Below are positions 9,976 through 22,369 of a stretch of DNA of 38,358 nt, in pieces. Position 1 is the first letter of the stretch; every line of letters begins with the position of its first letter. The DNA lies in the IMG/VR virus record IMGVR_UViG_3300045988_093140. One strand, given 5' to 3'. The notes under the pieces are model-generated. The model ran no database searches. It was not told where the DNA came from and saw only the letters and a list, made by a program, of their open reading frames with translations. A program made the position numbers and the translations under genes. This DNA comes from a virus (lineage: Duplodnaviria; Heunggongvirae; Uroviricota; Caudoviricetes).

Positions 9976-10308
9976 TTAAACGATGCTGATTGCCGTTCCG
10001 GCAAACGCAGTCCGTTTTTTCGTCTCGTCGCTGGCAGCCTCCGGCCAGAGCACATCCTCATAACGGAACGTGCCGGACTTGTAGAACGTCAGCGTGGTGC
10101 TGGTCTGGTCAGCAGCAACCGCCAGAATGCCAACGGCAGCACCGTCGGTGGTGCCATCCCACACAACCAGCTTACGGGTGGAGGTATCCGGCATCAGCGG
10201 GGTCATTGCAGGCGTTTTCGCACTCAATCCGCCGGGCGCGGTTGCCGTATGTGCCGGGTCACTGTTGCCCAGCGGCTGGTAATGGGTAAAGGTTTCTTTG
10301 CTCGTCAT
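9976..10308 (-). CDS. D: Capsid decoration protein D
   Basis: From [12 protein letters not shown]... gives 110 aa, recognised as lambda gpD. Confidence 0.9.
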   Translation of the reverse strand: MTSKETFTHYQPLGNSDPAHTATAPGGLSAKTPAMTPLMPDTSTRKLVVWDGTTDGAAVGILAVAADQTSTTLTFYKSGTFRYEDVLWPEAASDETKKRTAFAGTAISIV

Positions 10309-10317
10309 AAACATCCC

Positions 10318-10923
10318 TTACACTGGTGTGTTCAGCAAATCGTTAACGGCATCAGATGCCGGGTTACCTGCAGCCAGCGGTGCCGGTGCCCCCTGCATCA
10401 GACGATCCAGCGCAGTGTCACTGCGCGCCTGTGCACTCTGTGGTGCAGCTGCCAGAATGCGGCGGGCCGTTTCCACGGTCATACCGGGGGTTTCTGCCAG
10501 CACGCGGGCCTGTTCTTCGCGTCCGTGAGCCTCCTCACAGTTGAGGATCCCCATAATGCGACTGTTTTCTGCCGCAACCGCTGCGGTGATCTGCGCGTTC
10601 ACGTCCGGTTGCGCCGCGCTGGCGTTTTCGCCCTCCGTCGCTGGCACCACGTCAGTAACGTCAGCCTGCGAAGCAGTGGCTGAAACAGTTGTTGATTGAG
10701 TCTCTTTGGTCATTCGCCCTCCTGAGAGACGGGATTTACGTGCATCCAGTGCATCACGCATGACGGTGATCGCATCGGTACTGTTAACAAGTTCATCAGC
10801 CAGTCCGGCATCAATGGCCTCCTGACCGCTGTACACTGCAGCCTCGGTATCCAGCACAGCCTGCACGGACAGGCCGGTATATGCCGACACCTTCTGTGCA
10901 AACATCCGGCGGGTTGCATCCAT
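10318..10923 (-). CDS. Nu3: Scaffolding protein Nu3, in-frame internal start within C
   Basis: ATG at 10923 is codon 239 of C (MDATRRMFAQKVSAYTG...), giving 201 aa as in lambda Nu3. Confidence 0.6.
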   Translation of the reverse strand: MDATRRMFAQKVSAYTGLSVQAVLDTEAAVYSGQEAIDAGLADELVNSTDAITVMRDALDARKSRLSGGRMTKETQSTTVSATASQADVTDVVPATEGENASAAQPDVNAQITAAVAAENSRIMGILNCEEAHGREEQARVLAETPGMTVETARRILAAAPQSAQARSDTALDRLMQGAPAPLAAGNPASDAVNDLLNTPV

Positions 10924-11617
10924 CCGGGACTGCAGTGTTTCCCGGACATCATCCGGTAGATGGCTGTAGGGGTTGCCATCCACCTTATGGCTGCCGCTGT
11001 AAATCAGCGTGATTTCCACGCCCTGTTTCTCCAGCGCAGCACCGTAATTACTGTGAGCCATCATGACGCCGATGGAGCCTGTCCGGGCGGTCTGCGTGAC
11101 CAGACGCCGGGAGGCGGCGCTGGCAAGCAACTGACCTGCACTGCAGTTCATGTCGTTGGCCAGCGCCCATACCGGCTTTATGTCACGCACACGGGCGATG
11201 ATGTCAGCGCAGTCAAATGCCCCTGCCACCATTCCGCCGGGCGTGTCCATATCGAGCAGAATGCCGTCCACCATCGGGTCGCTGGCAGCCTGTTGCAGAC
11301 GGGCGATAATGCCGTTGTAACCGGTCATCCCCGAATACGGCTGCAGCGCCCGTGTCCGGCTGACCAGCGTGCCGGAAACCGGCAGCACGGCGATGCCGTT
11401 CATGACCTGATAACTGCGGGCCTGTCGTGGTCCGTCATCATCAACGGATAACGCCAGCGTCGCGGGTGCCTCTCCGGCAGTCAGGCTGTCGCCGGATACC
11501 GCATCCGTCAGGCGGCTGATCCCAAGCTGGCCTGCAAGCGCACAAAAGAAAACCCGCGCATAGGCGGGTTCAAGCATCAGCGGCTCATTAAAGGCCATAC
11601 TGGCAATATGCGGGAGA

Positions 11618-11637
<20 letters not shown>
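10318..11637 (-). CDS. C: Capsid assembly protease / minor capsid protein C (GTG start)
   Basis: 439 aa from VTAELRNLPHIASMAFNEPLMLEPAYARVFF..., recognised as lambda gpC; GTG at 11637 overlaps the B 3' end by 20 nt as in lambda. Confidence 0.85.
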
Positions 11638-15318
<3,681 letters not shown>

Positions 15319-15344
<26 letters not shown>

Positions 15345-15864
15345 TCAGCAACCCCGGTATCAGTTCATCCAGCGCGGCTGCTTTGTTCATGGCTTTGATG
15401 ATATCCCGTTTCAGGAAATCAATATGCCGGTTATCCAGCTCAGGAAAACGTCGCTGCACCGACAGAGGAATACCGTCGAGAATACTGGATATTTCCCTTG
15501 CTATACGCGACAGCACGAAAGTACAGAATGCGGTTTCCACCACTTCAGCCGATTCTTTGGCATTTTTCAGTTCCTGCGCCGTCGCCTGAGCACGAGTCAG
15601 GCGATGGCGCTCAAATTCAAGTGTTCCTGGGTGAAGATCTGCCTCGCTGGCCAGCCGCAGTTCTTCAACCTCCCGGCGCAGCTTTTCGTTCTCAATTTCA
15701 GCATCCCTTTCGGCATACCATTTTATGACGGCGGCAGAGTCATAAAGCACCTCATTACCCTTGCCACCGCCTCGCAGAACGGGCATTCCCTGCTCTTGCC
15801 AGTTCTGAATGGTACGGATACTCGCACCGAAAATATCAGCCAGCTGCTTTTTGTTGACTTCCAT
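15319..15864 (-). CDS. Nu1: Terminase small subunit Nu1
   Basis: 181 aa (lambda Nu1 length), MEVNKKQLADIFGASIRTIQNWQEQGMPVLRGGGKGNEVLYDSAAVIKWY... Confidence 0.95.
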
Positions 15865-16000
15865 TGTTCATTCCACGGACAAAAACAGAGAAAGGAAACG
15901 ACAGAGGCCAAAAAGCCCGTTTTCAGCATCTGTCGTTTCCTTTCTTTTCAGGGGGTGTTTTAAATAAAAACATGAAGTTACGGCGAAGAAGAACGGAAAC

Positions 16001-16080
16001 GCCTTAAACCGGAAAATTTTCATAAATAGCGAAAACCCGCGCGCCTTCCGCCCCGTAGCCTGCCGGATCGCCGGAAAGGA
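16001..16080. other. cos site region (cosN with flanking cosB/cosQ-like sequence); nick-site bases differ from lambda
   Basis: About 190 bp upstream of Nu1; 16001-16041 equals the reverse complement of the lambda left end, 16061-16085 resembles the lambda right end, but 16042-16060 reads CGCCTTCCGCCCCGTAGCC rather than the lambda cohesive-end sequence. Confidence 0.6.
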
Positions 16081-16135
16081 CCCGCAGGCGTTCTAGTTTA
16101 TTCGCAATGAATTCAATGTCTGACAGACCTGCGTC

Positions 16136-16153
16136 GTGCGACCACGGTCGCAC
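16136..16153. repeat. sopC-like 18-bp palindrome GTGCGACCACGGTCGCAC, copy 1
   Basis: Exact inverted repeat; core GACCACGGTC shared with the F-plasmid SopB binding site as I recall it. Confidence 0.6.
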
Positions 16154-16167
16154 AGCAATGAATCAAC

Positions 16168-16236
16168 ATCCTGCATGCTCGCGCAGAGGAGTTCCCCGTC
16201 GGACTACGGTCATGGTTAATGCGGGAATACAGCGAC
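16168..16236. repeat. 68-bp direct repeat, left copy, flanking the AT-rich cassette
   Basis: ctcgcgcagaggagttccccgtcggactacggtcatggttaatgcgggaatacagcgacgatacagcgc; second copy at 17963-18032 with 5 mismatches. Confidence 0.9.
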
Positions 16237-16362
16237 GATACAGCGCATGATGTGTCAGGCTTGAATACCTTTATCCGTTAAAAGGGATATCAGTTAAGTT
16301 ATCCCGTGCAGGGTATAAGCCATTATCAAAGCCACTCAGTAGCGAATGGCTTTTGTAATGGA

Positions 16363-16812
16363 CTATTTAATTAGTGATGCTGCGTATTCGATTAGATATA
16401 ACTTAGGTGCCAGCCAAATTTTTAACCATGTCATATTGGCTACTACAGAAATAATAAAACTGAACCATAGAATAAAAACTGCTACTAATGGTAAGACAAA
16501 ACCACTTAACCTACCGTCACTTTCCCAAATCATAGTCGGTTTGTATTTAGGCTGTCCATTATCGCATGAGCGTCCTTCATTATCGAACTTACCAATTTCA
16601 ACTTTTTTGCACTGTTTCTTCATAAACCAAATAACCAGCGGAATTGTTGAAATGGCTATTAATGTTTTAATCAGGCTATCAACCATATTCCATACCAGCA
16701 ACTGATGAACAACATCCGGAATTTGAGCCTGACTGAATACAATGGCGGAATCAATTCCATCGCTGGCCTTCTTCAATAAATCAACAAGAATTTTATTTGC
16801 TTCTTCTTGCAT
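16363..16812 (-). CDS. Hypothetical small membrane protein, two predicted TM helices, in AT-rich cassette
   Basis: 149 aa ORF with ATG at 16812 and AGGA 8 nt upstream; hydrophobic stretches LIKTLIAISTIPLVIWFM and GFVLPLVAVFILWFSFIISVVA; low GC. Confidence 0.7.
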   Translation of the reverse strand: MQEEANKILVDLLKKASDGIDSAIVFSQAQIPDVVHQLLVWNMVDSLIKTLIAISTIPLVIWFMKKQCKKVEIGKFDNEGRSCDNGQPKYKPTMIWESDGRLSGFVLPLVAVFILWFSFIISVVANMTWLKIWLAPKLYLIEYAASLIK

Positions 16813-16937
16813 GTTTATATCCTGTAAGTTGTAAGTCTGTTCGAAAAAAAAACAAACAACTACGAGAGACAGAAAAAATATCTCAGGCTCTCTTTCTATA
16901 AGCTTTTAGTTGAGGATGTTCTGCAAAACAAAACTGG

Positions 16938-17798
16938 TTAGTTATGTAACTGCTTCCGGAATACAACAGCCGACGTGCTACAACGTAAAATTCGCTTGAT
17001 TGTGGCAGTTGAGGAAACAGACTTGCATTTCTCAACATCATCAATAATGACCACATCCGGTACAGGAATGACGCGGGTATGCAATGTTTTTGCACTAATA
17101 ACATCACAGCCATTCAGTGGTCGAATATCTGCATCTTCAGGCACTACCAGAAGCACACGTTTTTCCGGTGCAGAAAAGCCAGCAGCAAGAGTGCGTGACA
17201 ATAAAGTCATTCCGCTGCGTGGCTTCATACAAATTTCAGAAATATGATTCTTTTCGTCCAAATGATGCTGGACATCATTTTTATCATCATTCAACAACTC
17301 TGCTGTTAATACAATCCCTGCTGTCTCAGATTTCCAGGAAATGCTGATATCCTGATCATCTGCATCAACATCATATTTCATCGAGTAAGGACTAAAGCTA
17401 CGTCCAACGAACGCATCATTTACCAGTACACGCCCACCCTGTCTGACCTGAAAGTCAACGCGCCCTGAAAGCTGATTTGCTGTTACAAGCAATGCCTTTT
17501 TTCTTTTTGTTTTATTGCTCATTGCCACCAACTGTTCAGCCATCTCTCTTGTCACACTACCAGAAACTCTTTCTTGAATTTTCACAGAAAATTTTCTGGA
17601 TGTAGTAGCATCGACATTAAAAAATCTGGATGTCATCAGGCAGTTATTAACAATTGGCATCAGCTCACTTACGATTGTAAAAAATTCCCGGTAAAGCTCA
17701 TTTTGCTTTTCAACACACAGCTTTCCACAATCGTCCAGCTTACGCTCAAGAGCACTTAACCTTTCCATTATTGAATTAATTTTTTGCAACTCTTTCAT
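16938..17798 (-). CDS. Hypothetical cytoplasmic protein, 287 aa, N-terminal coiled coil, in AT-rich cassette
   Basis: ATG at 17798 preceded by AGGAGG (MKELQKINSIMERLSALERKLDD...); the track ORF extends further upstream only because there is no in-frame stop; no family recognised. Confidence 0.7.
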   Translation of the reverse strand: MKELQKINSIMERLSALERKLDDCGKLCVEKQNELYREFFTIVSELMPIVNNCLMTSRFFNVDATTSRKFSVKIQERVSGSVTREMAEQLVAMSNKTKRKKALLVTANQLSGRVDFQVRQGGRVLVNDAFVGRSFSPYSMKYDVDADDQDISISWKSETAGIVLTAELLNDDKNDVQHHLDEKNHISEICMKPRSGMTLLSRTLAAGFSAPEKRVLLVVPEDADIRPLNGCDVISAKTLHTRVIPVPDVVIIDDVEKCKSVSSTATIKRILRCSTSAVVFRKQLHN

Positions 17799-17821
17799 CA
17801 AAACCTCCTGACAAAGATACC

Positions 17822-17839
17822 GTGCGACCACGGTCGCAC
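17822..17839. repeat. sopC-like 18-bp palindrome, copy 2 (extends to 20 bp, 17821-17840), 22 bp upstream of the cassette start codon
   Basis: cGTGCGACCACGGTCGCACg. Confidence 0.6.
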
Positions 17840-17962
17840 GCTCCTGAATACATGCCCTGTTTCTTCCACCCTCGCACAGGACTGGCGAACATGAGGGACA
17901 AACCCGCGAATCAATAGCGCGGTAAAAACCCGGTGTGCATCGTTTTTGATTATTCCCGCACA

Positions 17963-18032
17963 CTCGCGCAGAAGGAGTTCCCCGTCGGGCTACGGTCATA
18001 GTTAATGCGGGAATACGGCGACGATGCAGCGC
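17963..18032. repeat. 68-bp direct repeat, right copy
   Basis: ctcgcgcagaaggagttccccgtcgggctacggtcatagttaatgcgggaatacggcgacgatgcagcgc. Confidence 0.9.
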
Positions 18033-18042
18033 GGAATTTAGC

Positions 18043-18060
18043 GTGCGACCACGGTCGCAC
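18043..18060. repeat. sopC-like 18-bp palindrome, copy 3
   Basis: GTGCGACCACGGTCGCAC. Confidence 0.6.
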
Positions 18061-18079
18061 ACGAGAAACAAAGAGATTT

Positions 18080-18391
18080 TTATGCTACAGAGGAACAAGC
18101 TGGCGGGTAATTCAGCGTAGTGAATACCGGCATCTCCATCTTGTATGCGTAATGATACTCAGCAGTTGCTCCAGCAGACGCTTTCCAGCCAGGAAGCATC
18201 AAAATAGCATCAGCAGAACGAAGCATTGCAAAGCAAATATCCATGTATTCACGTTGCGTCAGGCCATTGGGTAAAGTGGCTGGATTCAGGACCGAATGAC
18301 CATGACGTGACAAACGCTCAGCCTCTTTATTAAAGGCGTCACGATTAAAATTCTCATATCCCGTCATTGGTCCGGCAATATAAATTTTCAT
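18080..18391 (-). CDS. Small conserved prophage protein, DUF4406 / nucleoside 2-deoxyribosyltransferase-like fold (recalled)
   Basis: 103 aa, MKIYIAGPMTGYENFNRDAF...; ATG confirmed at 18391. Confidence 0.6.
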   Translation of the reverse strand: MKIYIAGPMTGYENFNRDAFNKEAERLSRHGHSVLNPATLPNGLTQREYMDICFAMLRSADAILMLPGWKASAGATAEYHYAYKMEMPVFTTLNYPPACSSVA

Positions 18392-18432
18392 TTACTATCC
18401 AACAAATTAAGTTAGTTTTTGATGCAGATGGA

Positions 18433-18894
18433 TTAATTCAGGCATTGCGTCCTGATGTACTCCTGCAAATATCCAACCTGTTTCGTCACTGTGACGATTC
18501 GCTCTCTGAGGATGAAATAATCCCGTTCAGCGGAGTCAGTAAGTCGGGGGCCGGTAGCATCGCCCAGGCCGCCGGTGATGGTCGTTCCGTTCGCGGGACA
18601 TCTGGCGTTGAGGTGCAGCCCACACTTGCCAGTGCGAACACAACGCTGCAAATCATCAAGCTGCTTTTTGGCATCAGCTAAGTCCTTCGTGTATTTGGCA
18701 TCCAGAGCCGCTACATCACGCTGGCGGATCTGCATGTCTTTGATGGTAGCGTTCGCCAGCTTCAACTCTCTGGCGTTTTTGTCGCGCTGCTCTTTATAGG
18801 AGATGGCGTTATCACGGTAATGATTAACAGCCAACGACAGGCAGACGATGATGCAGATAACCAGTGTGGAGATAATCGCGGTGACTCTGCTCAT
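18433..18894 (-). CDS. Rz: Spanin, inner-membrane subunit Rz
   Basis: From [49 protein letters not shown]... recognised as lambda Rz; N-terminal TM plus coiled coil. Confidence 0.9.
   Translation of the reverse strand: MSRVTAIISTLVICIIVCLSLAVNHYRDNAISYKEQRDKNARELKLANATIKDMQIRQRDVAALDAKYTKDLADAKKQLDDLQRCVRTGKCGLHLNARCPANGTTITGGLGDATGPRLTDSAERDYFILRERIVTVTKQVGYLQEYIRTQCLN
18486..18674 (-). CDS. Rz1: Spanin, outer-membrane lipoprotein subunit Rz1, embedded in the +1 frame of Rz (start codon uncertain)
   Basis: Lipobox ALASVGC followed by Pro-rich ...[24 protein letters not shown], resembling lambda Rz1; fully nested in Rz. Confidence 0.7.
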   Translation of the reverse strand: MPKSSLMICSVVFALASVGCTSTPDVPRTERPSPAAWAMLPAPDLLTPLNGIISSSESESSQ

Positions 18895-19391
18895 TACTGC
18901 CCCCACAAACAGACTTCACGCTCAATCTCACGGCGAGTCATCAGCCCTTTCCATTGCTTACCGCCAGCATATGTCCAGCGACGTAGTTGATCACATGCAC
19001 CTTTGATATCGCCCTGGTTGATTTTGCGAAGAAGCGTCGATGTTCTGAAATTGCCTGCACCCACGTTGTAAACGAACGAGTAAAGAGCACCACGCGTTGT
19101 TTCCGGTATATCGACTTTGATGTACGGGTTAATTTGTCTGGCGACAGTAGCAAGGTCTTTATTCAGGAGAGCTTTGCATTCAGCTTCGGTATACGTTTTA
19201 CCGAGCATAATGTCTTTTCCTGTATGCCCGTAACATACAGTCCATACACCAACGATGTCTTTGTAGGGGTTATGTTTCACACCTTCCAGACCATCGTTGC
19301 CGCTCGGACCAGAGATGAGCACAGATGCTATGGCAATAGCCCCGCCACCAATAGCAGTTGCGACAGCTTTGCGTAATGATGACTGCATCAT
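18894..19391 (-). CDS. R: SAR endolysin (lysozyme), phage 21 R-type
   Basis: 165 aa; N-terminal weakly hydrophobic Gly/Ala-rich signal-anchor-release segment [20 protein letters not shown] followed by lysozyme-like domain. Confidence 0.9.
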   Translation of the reverse strand: MMQSSLRKAVATAIGGGAIAIASVLISGPSGNDGLEGVKHNPYKDIVGVWTVCYGHTGKDIMLGKTYTEAECKALLNKDLATVARQINPYIKVDIPETTRGALYSFVYNVGAGNFRTSTLLRKINQGDIKGACDQLRRWTYAGGKQWKGLMTRREIEREVCLWGQ

Positions 19392-19660
19392 ATTTCCTTC
19401 GGTGCTCTCTTTCCCAATTCACCAATAACCATCGCCGTGGCGGAAATATTATTGGCATCAGTTTTATCCAATATGTCCTGCAATATCTTCGTGCGCTTCA
19501 TCTGCTCGCGTTTATTGAGCCGGTATGTAAGTACACCGAGGATAATGCTGAACGCGACACCGATAATGAAGCCCCAATCCTGCAATGACAGGCTGGCAAA
19601 GAACGCAGTAAGACCAGCACTACCATAAGGTGCGCTGCTGTATCGTTCATCCATCTTCAT
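19388..19660 (-). CDS. S: Holin (pinholin-like) with dual-start motif M-K-M
   Basis: 90 aa, two hydrophobic segments, charged C-terminus, overlaps the R start by 4 nt; ATG at 19660 and second ATG two codons in. Confidence 0.8.
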   Translation of the reverse strand: MKMDERYSSAPYGSAGLTAFFASLSLQDWGFIIGVAFSIILGVLTYRLNKREQMKRTKILQDILDKTDANNISATAMVIGELGKRAPKEI

Positions 19661-19756
19661 ATCTCTTACCTCGCAATAGTTGCTGAGGTTTCGGCTTGGA
19701 AACTATACGGCGAGAAATAACCCCCATCAAAAACGGCAGGGGAATATATTCTTCAG

Positions 19757-20833
19757 TTACTCAAATAACTTTTTCACTTCATCAACTGTCTGAAGATAAC
19801 GTTCACCCTCAATCTCAATACCGATTGCCTGACGACCTAACTTCAGCGCGGCTTTAATAGTAGAGCCTGATCCCATAAAGAAATCGGCAACGATATCTCC
19901 GGGGCGTGAACTACTTTTTATAATATGTTCCATCATCGCTGCAGGTTTTTCACATGGGTGCTTGCCAGGATAATATTGCACAGGAGGAAACTCCCATACA
20001 TCGGTATAAGGTACATCAGCAGTAACATGAAATGGGCGGCGCAAATTTTCATACTGAGCCTTCAAATCATCATACTGCTTCTTTACTTCCTCATAATGCA
20101 ATTTCAGATCGCTATAACGCTTTTCATGTTCTGAATAATCAACATTAAAAGGATATGGACACGGGACACCGAGTGAATCTGCCTTCCTGCGAAATAATTC
20201 GCATAGTTTATTAAAATCAATTAATGATGGAAGCCGCCACTGCGAATAAGAAAACCAGTGCGAACACATCTGCTTTCCTGTCGCTGAATTAATGTCTGCG
20301 GCTGATATATCTAACTGACGGCGAGCCAGCGAAAAAGCATCAATTAGTGGAGAAAAAATATTTTTTCTTAAATCTGCACATTTTGAAGCATAACCTGACT
20401 GACCTTTAGCATAACCTGACGCGCCGTAATGCTCTGCAAATAATATTCTTTCAGTAGCAGGAAAATAAGCCCTTAAACTTTCTTTATGACAACCGCGCCA
20501 CATACCACTGGGTTTAGCCCAAATGATATGGTTCAGAACATTGAAACGGTCGCGAGTTAATAATTCAATTTTTGACGCAAGGCGAGAGCCGGTAAACATA
20601 TACAGGCTGCCATTAGGGGCCAATATCCGCCAAAATTCTGCCAAAAATTCGTCAATCCACCCCAAAAAGTCAGCATCGCTATCCCACTGGTTATCCCATG
20701 CGTTAGCCTTTACGCCGAAGTATGGTGGGTCTGTTGCAATCAAATTGACCGAGTTATCAGGGATGGTTTTGATAAATTGCAGAGAATCTGCGCAAACGAG
20801 TTGTGCGCCATGAATATTAGTGGTTTTGAACAT
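19757..20833 (-). CDS. DNA methyltransferase, DPPY motif (N6-adenine or N4-cytosine class), orphan
   Basis: Start at ATG 20833 (MFKTTNIHGAQLVCADSLQFIKTIPDNSVNLIATDPPYF...); C-terminal AdoMet motif FFMGSGST; no adjacent restriction gene. Confidence 0.85.
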   Translation of the reverse strand: MFKTTNIHGAQLVCADSLQFIKTIPDNSVNLIATDPPYFGVKANAWDNQWDSDADFLGWIDEFLAEFWRILAPNGSLYMFTGSRLASKIELLTRDRFNVLNHIIWAKPSGMWRGCHKESLRAYFPATERILFAEHYGASGYAKGQSGYASKCADLRKNIFSPLIDAFSLARRQLDISAADINSATGKQMCSHWFSYSQWRLPSLIDFNKLCELFRRKADSLGVPCPYPFNVDYSEHEKRYSDLKLHYEEVKKQYDDLKAQYENLRRPFHVTADVPYTDVWEFPPVQYYPGKHPCEKPAAMMEHIIKSSSRPGDIVADFFMGSGSTIKAALKLGRQAIGIEIEGERYLQTVDEVKKLFE

Positions 20834-20968
20834 AGCTATTATTTTTTTGCCTGGGTAAGCTAACCCGGCGATGCGCATCGCGGGTGGGCTTTAGGTTCAG
20901 CCTATAGCTCTGGCATGGGTTGACCGCAGGACAAGCTGCAACTTGTCCTGCGCCCACTTTTCAGGCAC

Positions 20969-20996
20969 AAAAAAACCGCCATAAAGGCGGCTTGTT
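20969..20996 (-). terminator. Rho-independent terminator upstream of the methylase and lysis genes (tR'-like)
   Basis: Minus-strand RNA AGCCGCCUUUAUGGCGGUU followed by UUUUUUUG. Confidence 0.5.
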
Positions 20997-21076
20997 GGCT
21001 GTTGGGTACAAAAAACCCAACTTAATAAAACAATAACTAAAAACCGTCATTTTGCCAAGCTTTTTCGTTTTTGTGC

Positions 21077-21094
21077 TGTGCGACCGTGGTCGCA
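21077..21094. repeat. sopC-like 18-bp palindrome, copy 4 (opposite centre orientation, extends to 22 bp), T-runs on both sides
   Basis: ctGTGCGACCGTGGTCGCACag. Confidence 0.6.
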
Positions 21095-21100
21095 CAGTTT

Positions 21101-21328
21101 TTAGAAAGTTGCCTGCTTATATTCATCGGTCAAAGAATATCGACCAGATCCACTACGCTTTGCAACCCCAAAACAGATCATCTGTTCGATGATAAATTCA
21201 ACGGCAACTTGACTCAAAAAACAGGCTTCGCTTAACTCTTTCAGGGAAATGCGTGGGTATCCACGCATAACACATTCCACACTCAGGGCCGCTTCAGTCA
21301 TATTTCCACGAATTTCATTAATATTCAT
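21101..21328 (-). CDS. Hypothetical small protein
   Basis: 75 aa ORF, no family recognised. Confidence 0.45.
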   Translation of the reverse strand: MNINEIRGNMTEAALSVECVMRGYPRISLKELSEACFLSQVAVEFIIEQMICFGVAKRSGSGRYSLTDEYKQATF

Positions 21329-21341
21329 AACGCCTCTCTAA

Positions 21342-21581
21342 TCAATCTTGAAACTGGAAATCAACATCAGCCATAAAGCGGTTCAACTCAGCCAGTTTTG
21401 ACCCCATAGTCCCAACTAAGCGACCAGCCAGTCGGTCTGCTAGGTTGGTACTGTTGAAACCATATTCCTTTTCGAAACGTTCAACCTTCTGCCACAACTC
21501 ATACAGTTCGTTAGCTATCTCCGCAACGTCGTCGCGCATTTTTTCGTTACCTTGATAATTCATAATATCCTCCAAATTCAT
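21342..21581 (-). CDS. Hypothetical small protein
   Basis: 79 aa ORF, no family recognised. Confidence 0.45.
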   Translation of the reverse strand: MNLEDIMNYQGNEKMRDDVAEIANELYELWQKVERFEKEYGFNSTNLADRLAGRLVGTMGSKLAELNRFMADVDFQFQD

Positions 21582-21728
21582 ATAGTTAGTAGGTTATTGC
21601 CCCTCAATGACACGAACTGTAACTCTGCCAAACGAACACATCCAGTGTTATTTTTCACTTTTTAGTGAAATTTTTAATTTGCGCTGTTTTCTCGTTTTGG
21701 TGTATTTTATGGGTATGGAGGCTATAAT

Positions 21729-22040
21729 ATGTTTAACGTGATAACCCACCCTGCAGCACTGGATGAACTGCTTGAACTACCAGATGATTTGCGAGGTCGC
21801 ATGACCAGATTAATTGAGCGACTGGAGAAAGAAGGCAACAAACTGAAGATGCCTCATAGCCGTGTAATAGGTGGAGGGCTTTTTGAACTACGAGTAGGGG
21901 ATAAAAACATCGCAAGAACGCTGTACGCCTACGCGACTGGTAACGAAATTTATCTATTGCATGCATTTGTAAAAAAGACACAGAAAACACCGGTGAAGGC
22001 TATCGAAATCGCCAGAACTCGCCTGAAGGAGATGAACTGA
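21729..22040 (+). CDS. Type II toxin, RelE/ParE superfamily (HigB-like / Gp49-like), toxin-first operon
   Basis: 103 aa; 4-nt ATGA overlap with the downstream HTH gene; upstream palindrome TCACTTTTTAGTGA. Confidence 0.7.
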   Translation: MFNVITHPAALDELLELPDDLRGRMTRLIERLEKEGNKLKMPHSRVIGGGLFELRVGDKNIARTLYAYATGNEIYLLHAFVKKTQKTPVKAIEIARTRLKEMN

Positions 22041-22327
22041 TGAAAGCGAAAGGCATCCCGTTTAACGAAGTAAAAGAAAAACTCCTCAACACTCCAGAAG
22101 CCGTCAAAGGATATGAAGAGGCCGACAAAGAGCTGGAGATGGTCGAAATGTTATACGAAATGAGGGAAAGAGCAGGTTTAACGAAATCAGCTCTGGCTGA
22201 ACGAATGGGGTTGCGCCCGTCAGCCATCAGCCGCCTGGAAAGCAATCCTTTAGGGGCAAGTATGAAAACTTTGGCTAAATATGCTCATGCCTGCGGCGCA
22301 ACCATCGATATTCGCGCTGTTTATTAA
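22040..22327 (+). CDS. HTH XRE-family antitoxin (HigA-like)
   Basis: 95 aa with HTH segment LTKSALAERMGLRPSAISRLE. Confidence 0.7.
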   Translation: MKAKGIPFNEVKEKLLNTPEAVKGYEEADKELEMVEMLYEMRERAGLTKSALAERMGLRPSAISRLESNPLGASMKTLAKYAHACGATIDIRAVY

Positions 22328-22369
22328 TTAGACCCTTTTACCACCCCGTCCAGAAGGGCGGGGTGTGCA

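Noticed and set aside
16363-17798. RexA/RexB-like exclusion pair
   Set aside because: Sizes are similar (287 and 149 aa versus 279 and 144) but the translations do not resemble lambda RexA/RexB as I recall them, RexB has four TM segments, and the locus is not beside the repressor.
16136-18060. Retron (msr/msd) interpretation of the repeat plus palindrome elements
   Set aside because: Neither cassette protein shows reverse-transcriptase motifs (no YxDD box).
16938-18098. 386-aa version of the cassette protein extending upstream through the 68-bp repeat and a palindrome
   Set aside because: The extension is Arg/Cys-rich and GC-rich, unlike the rest of the gene; a strong AGGAGG plus ATG at 17798 marks the real start.
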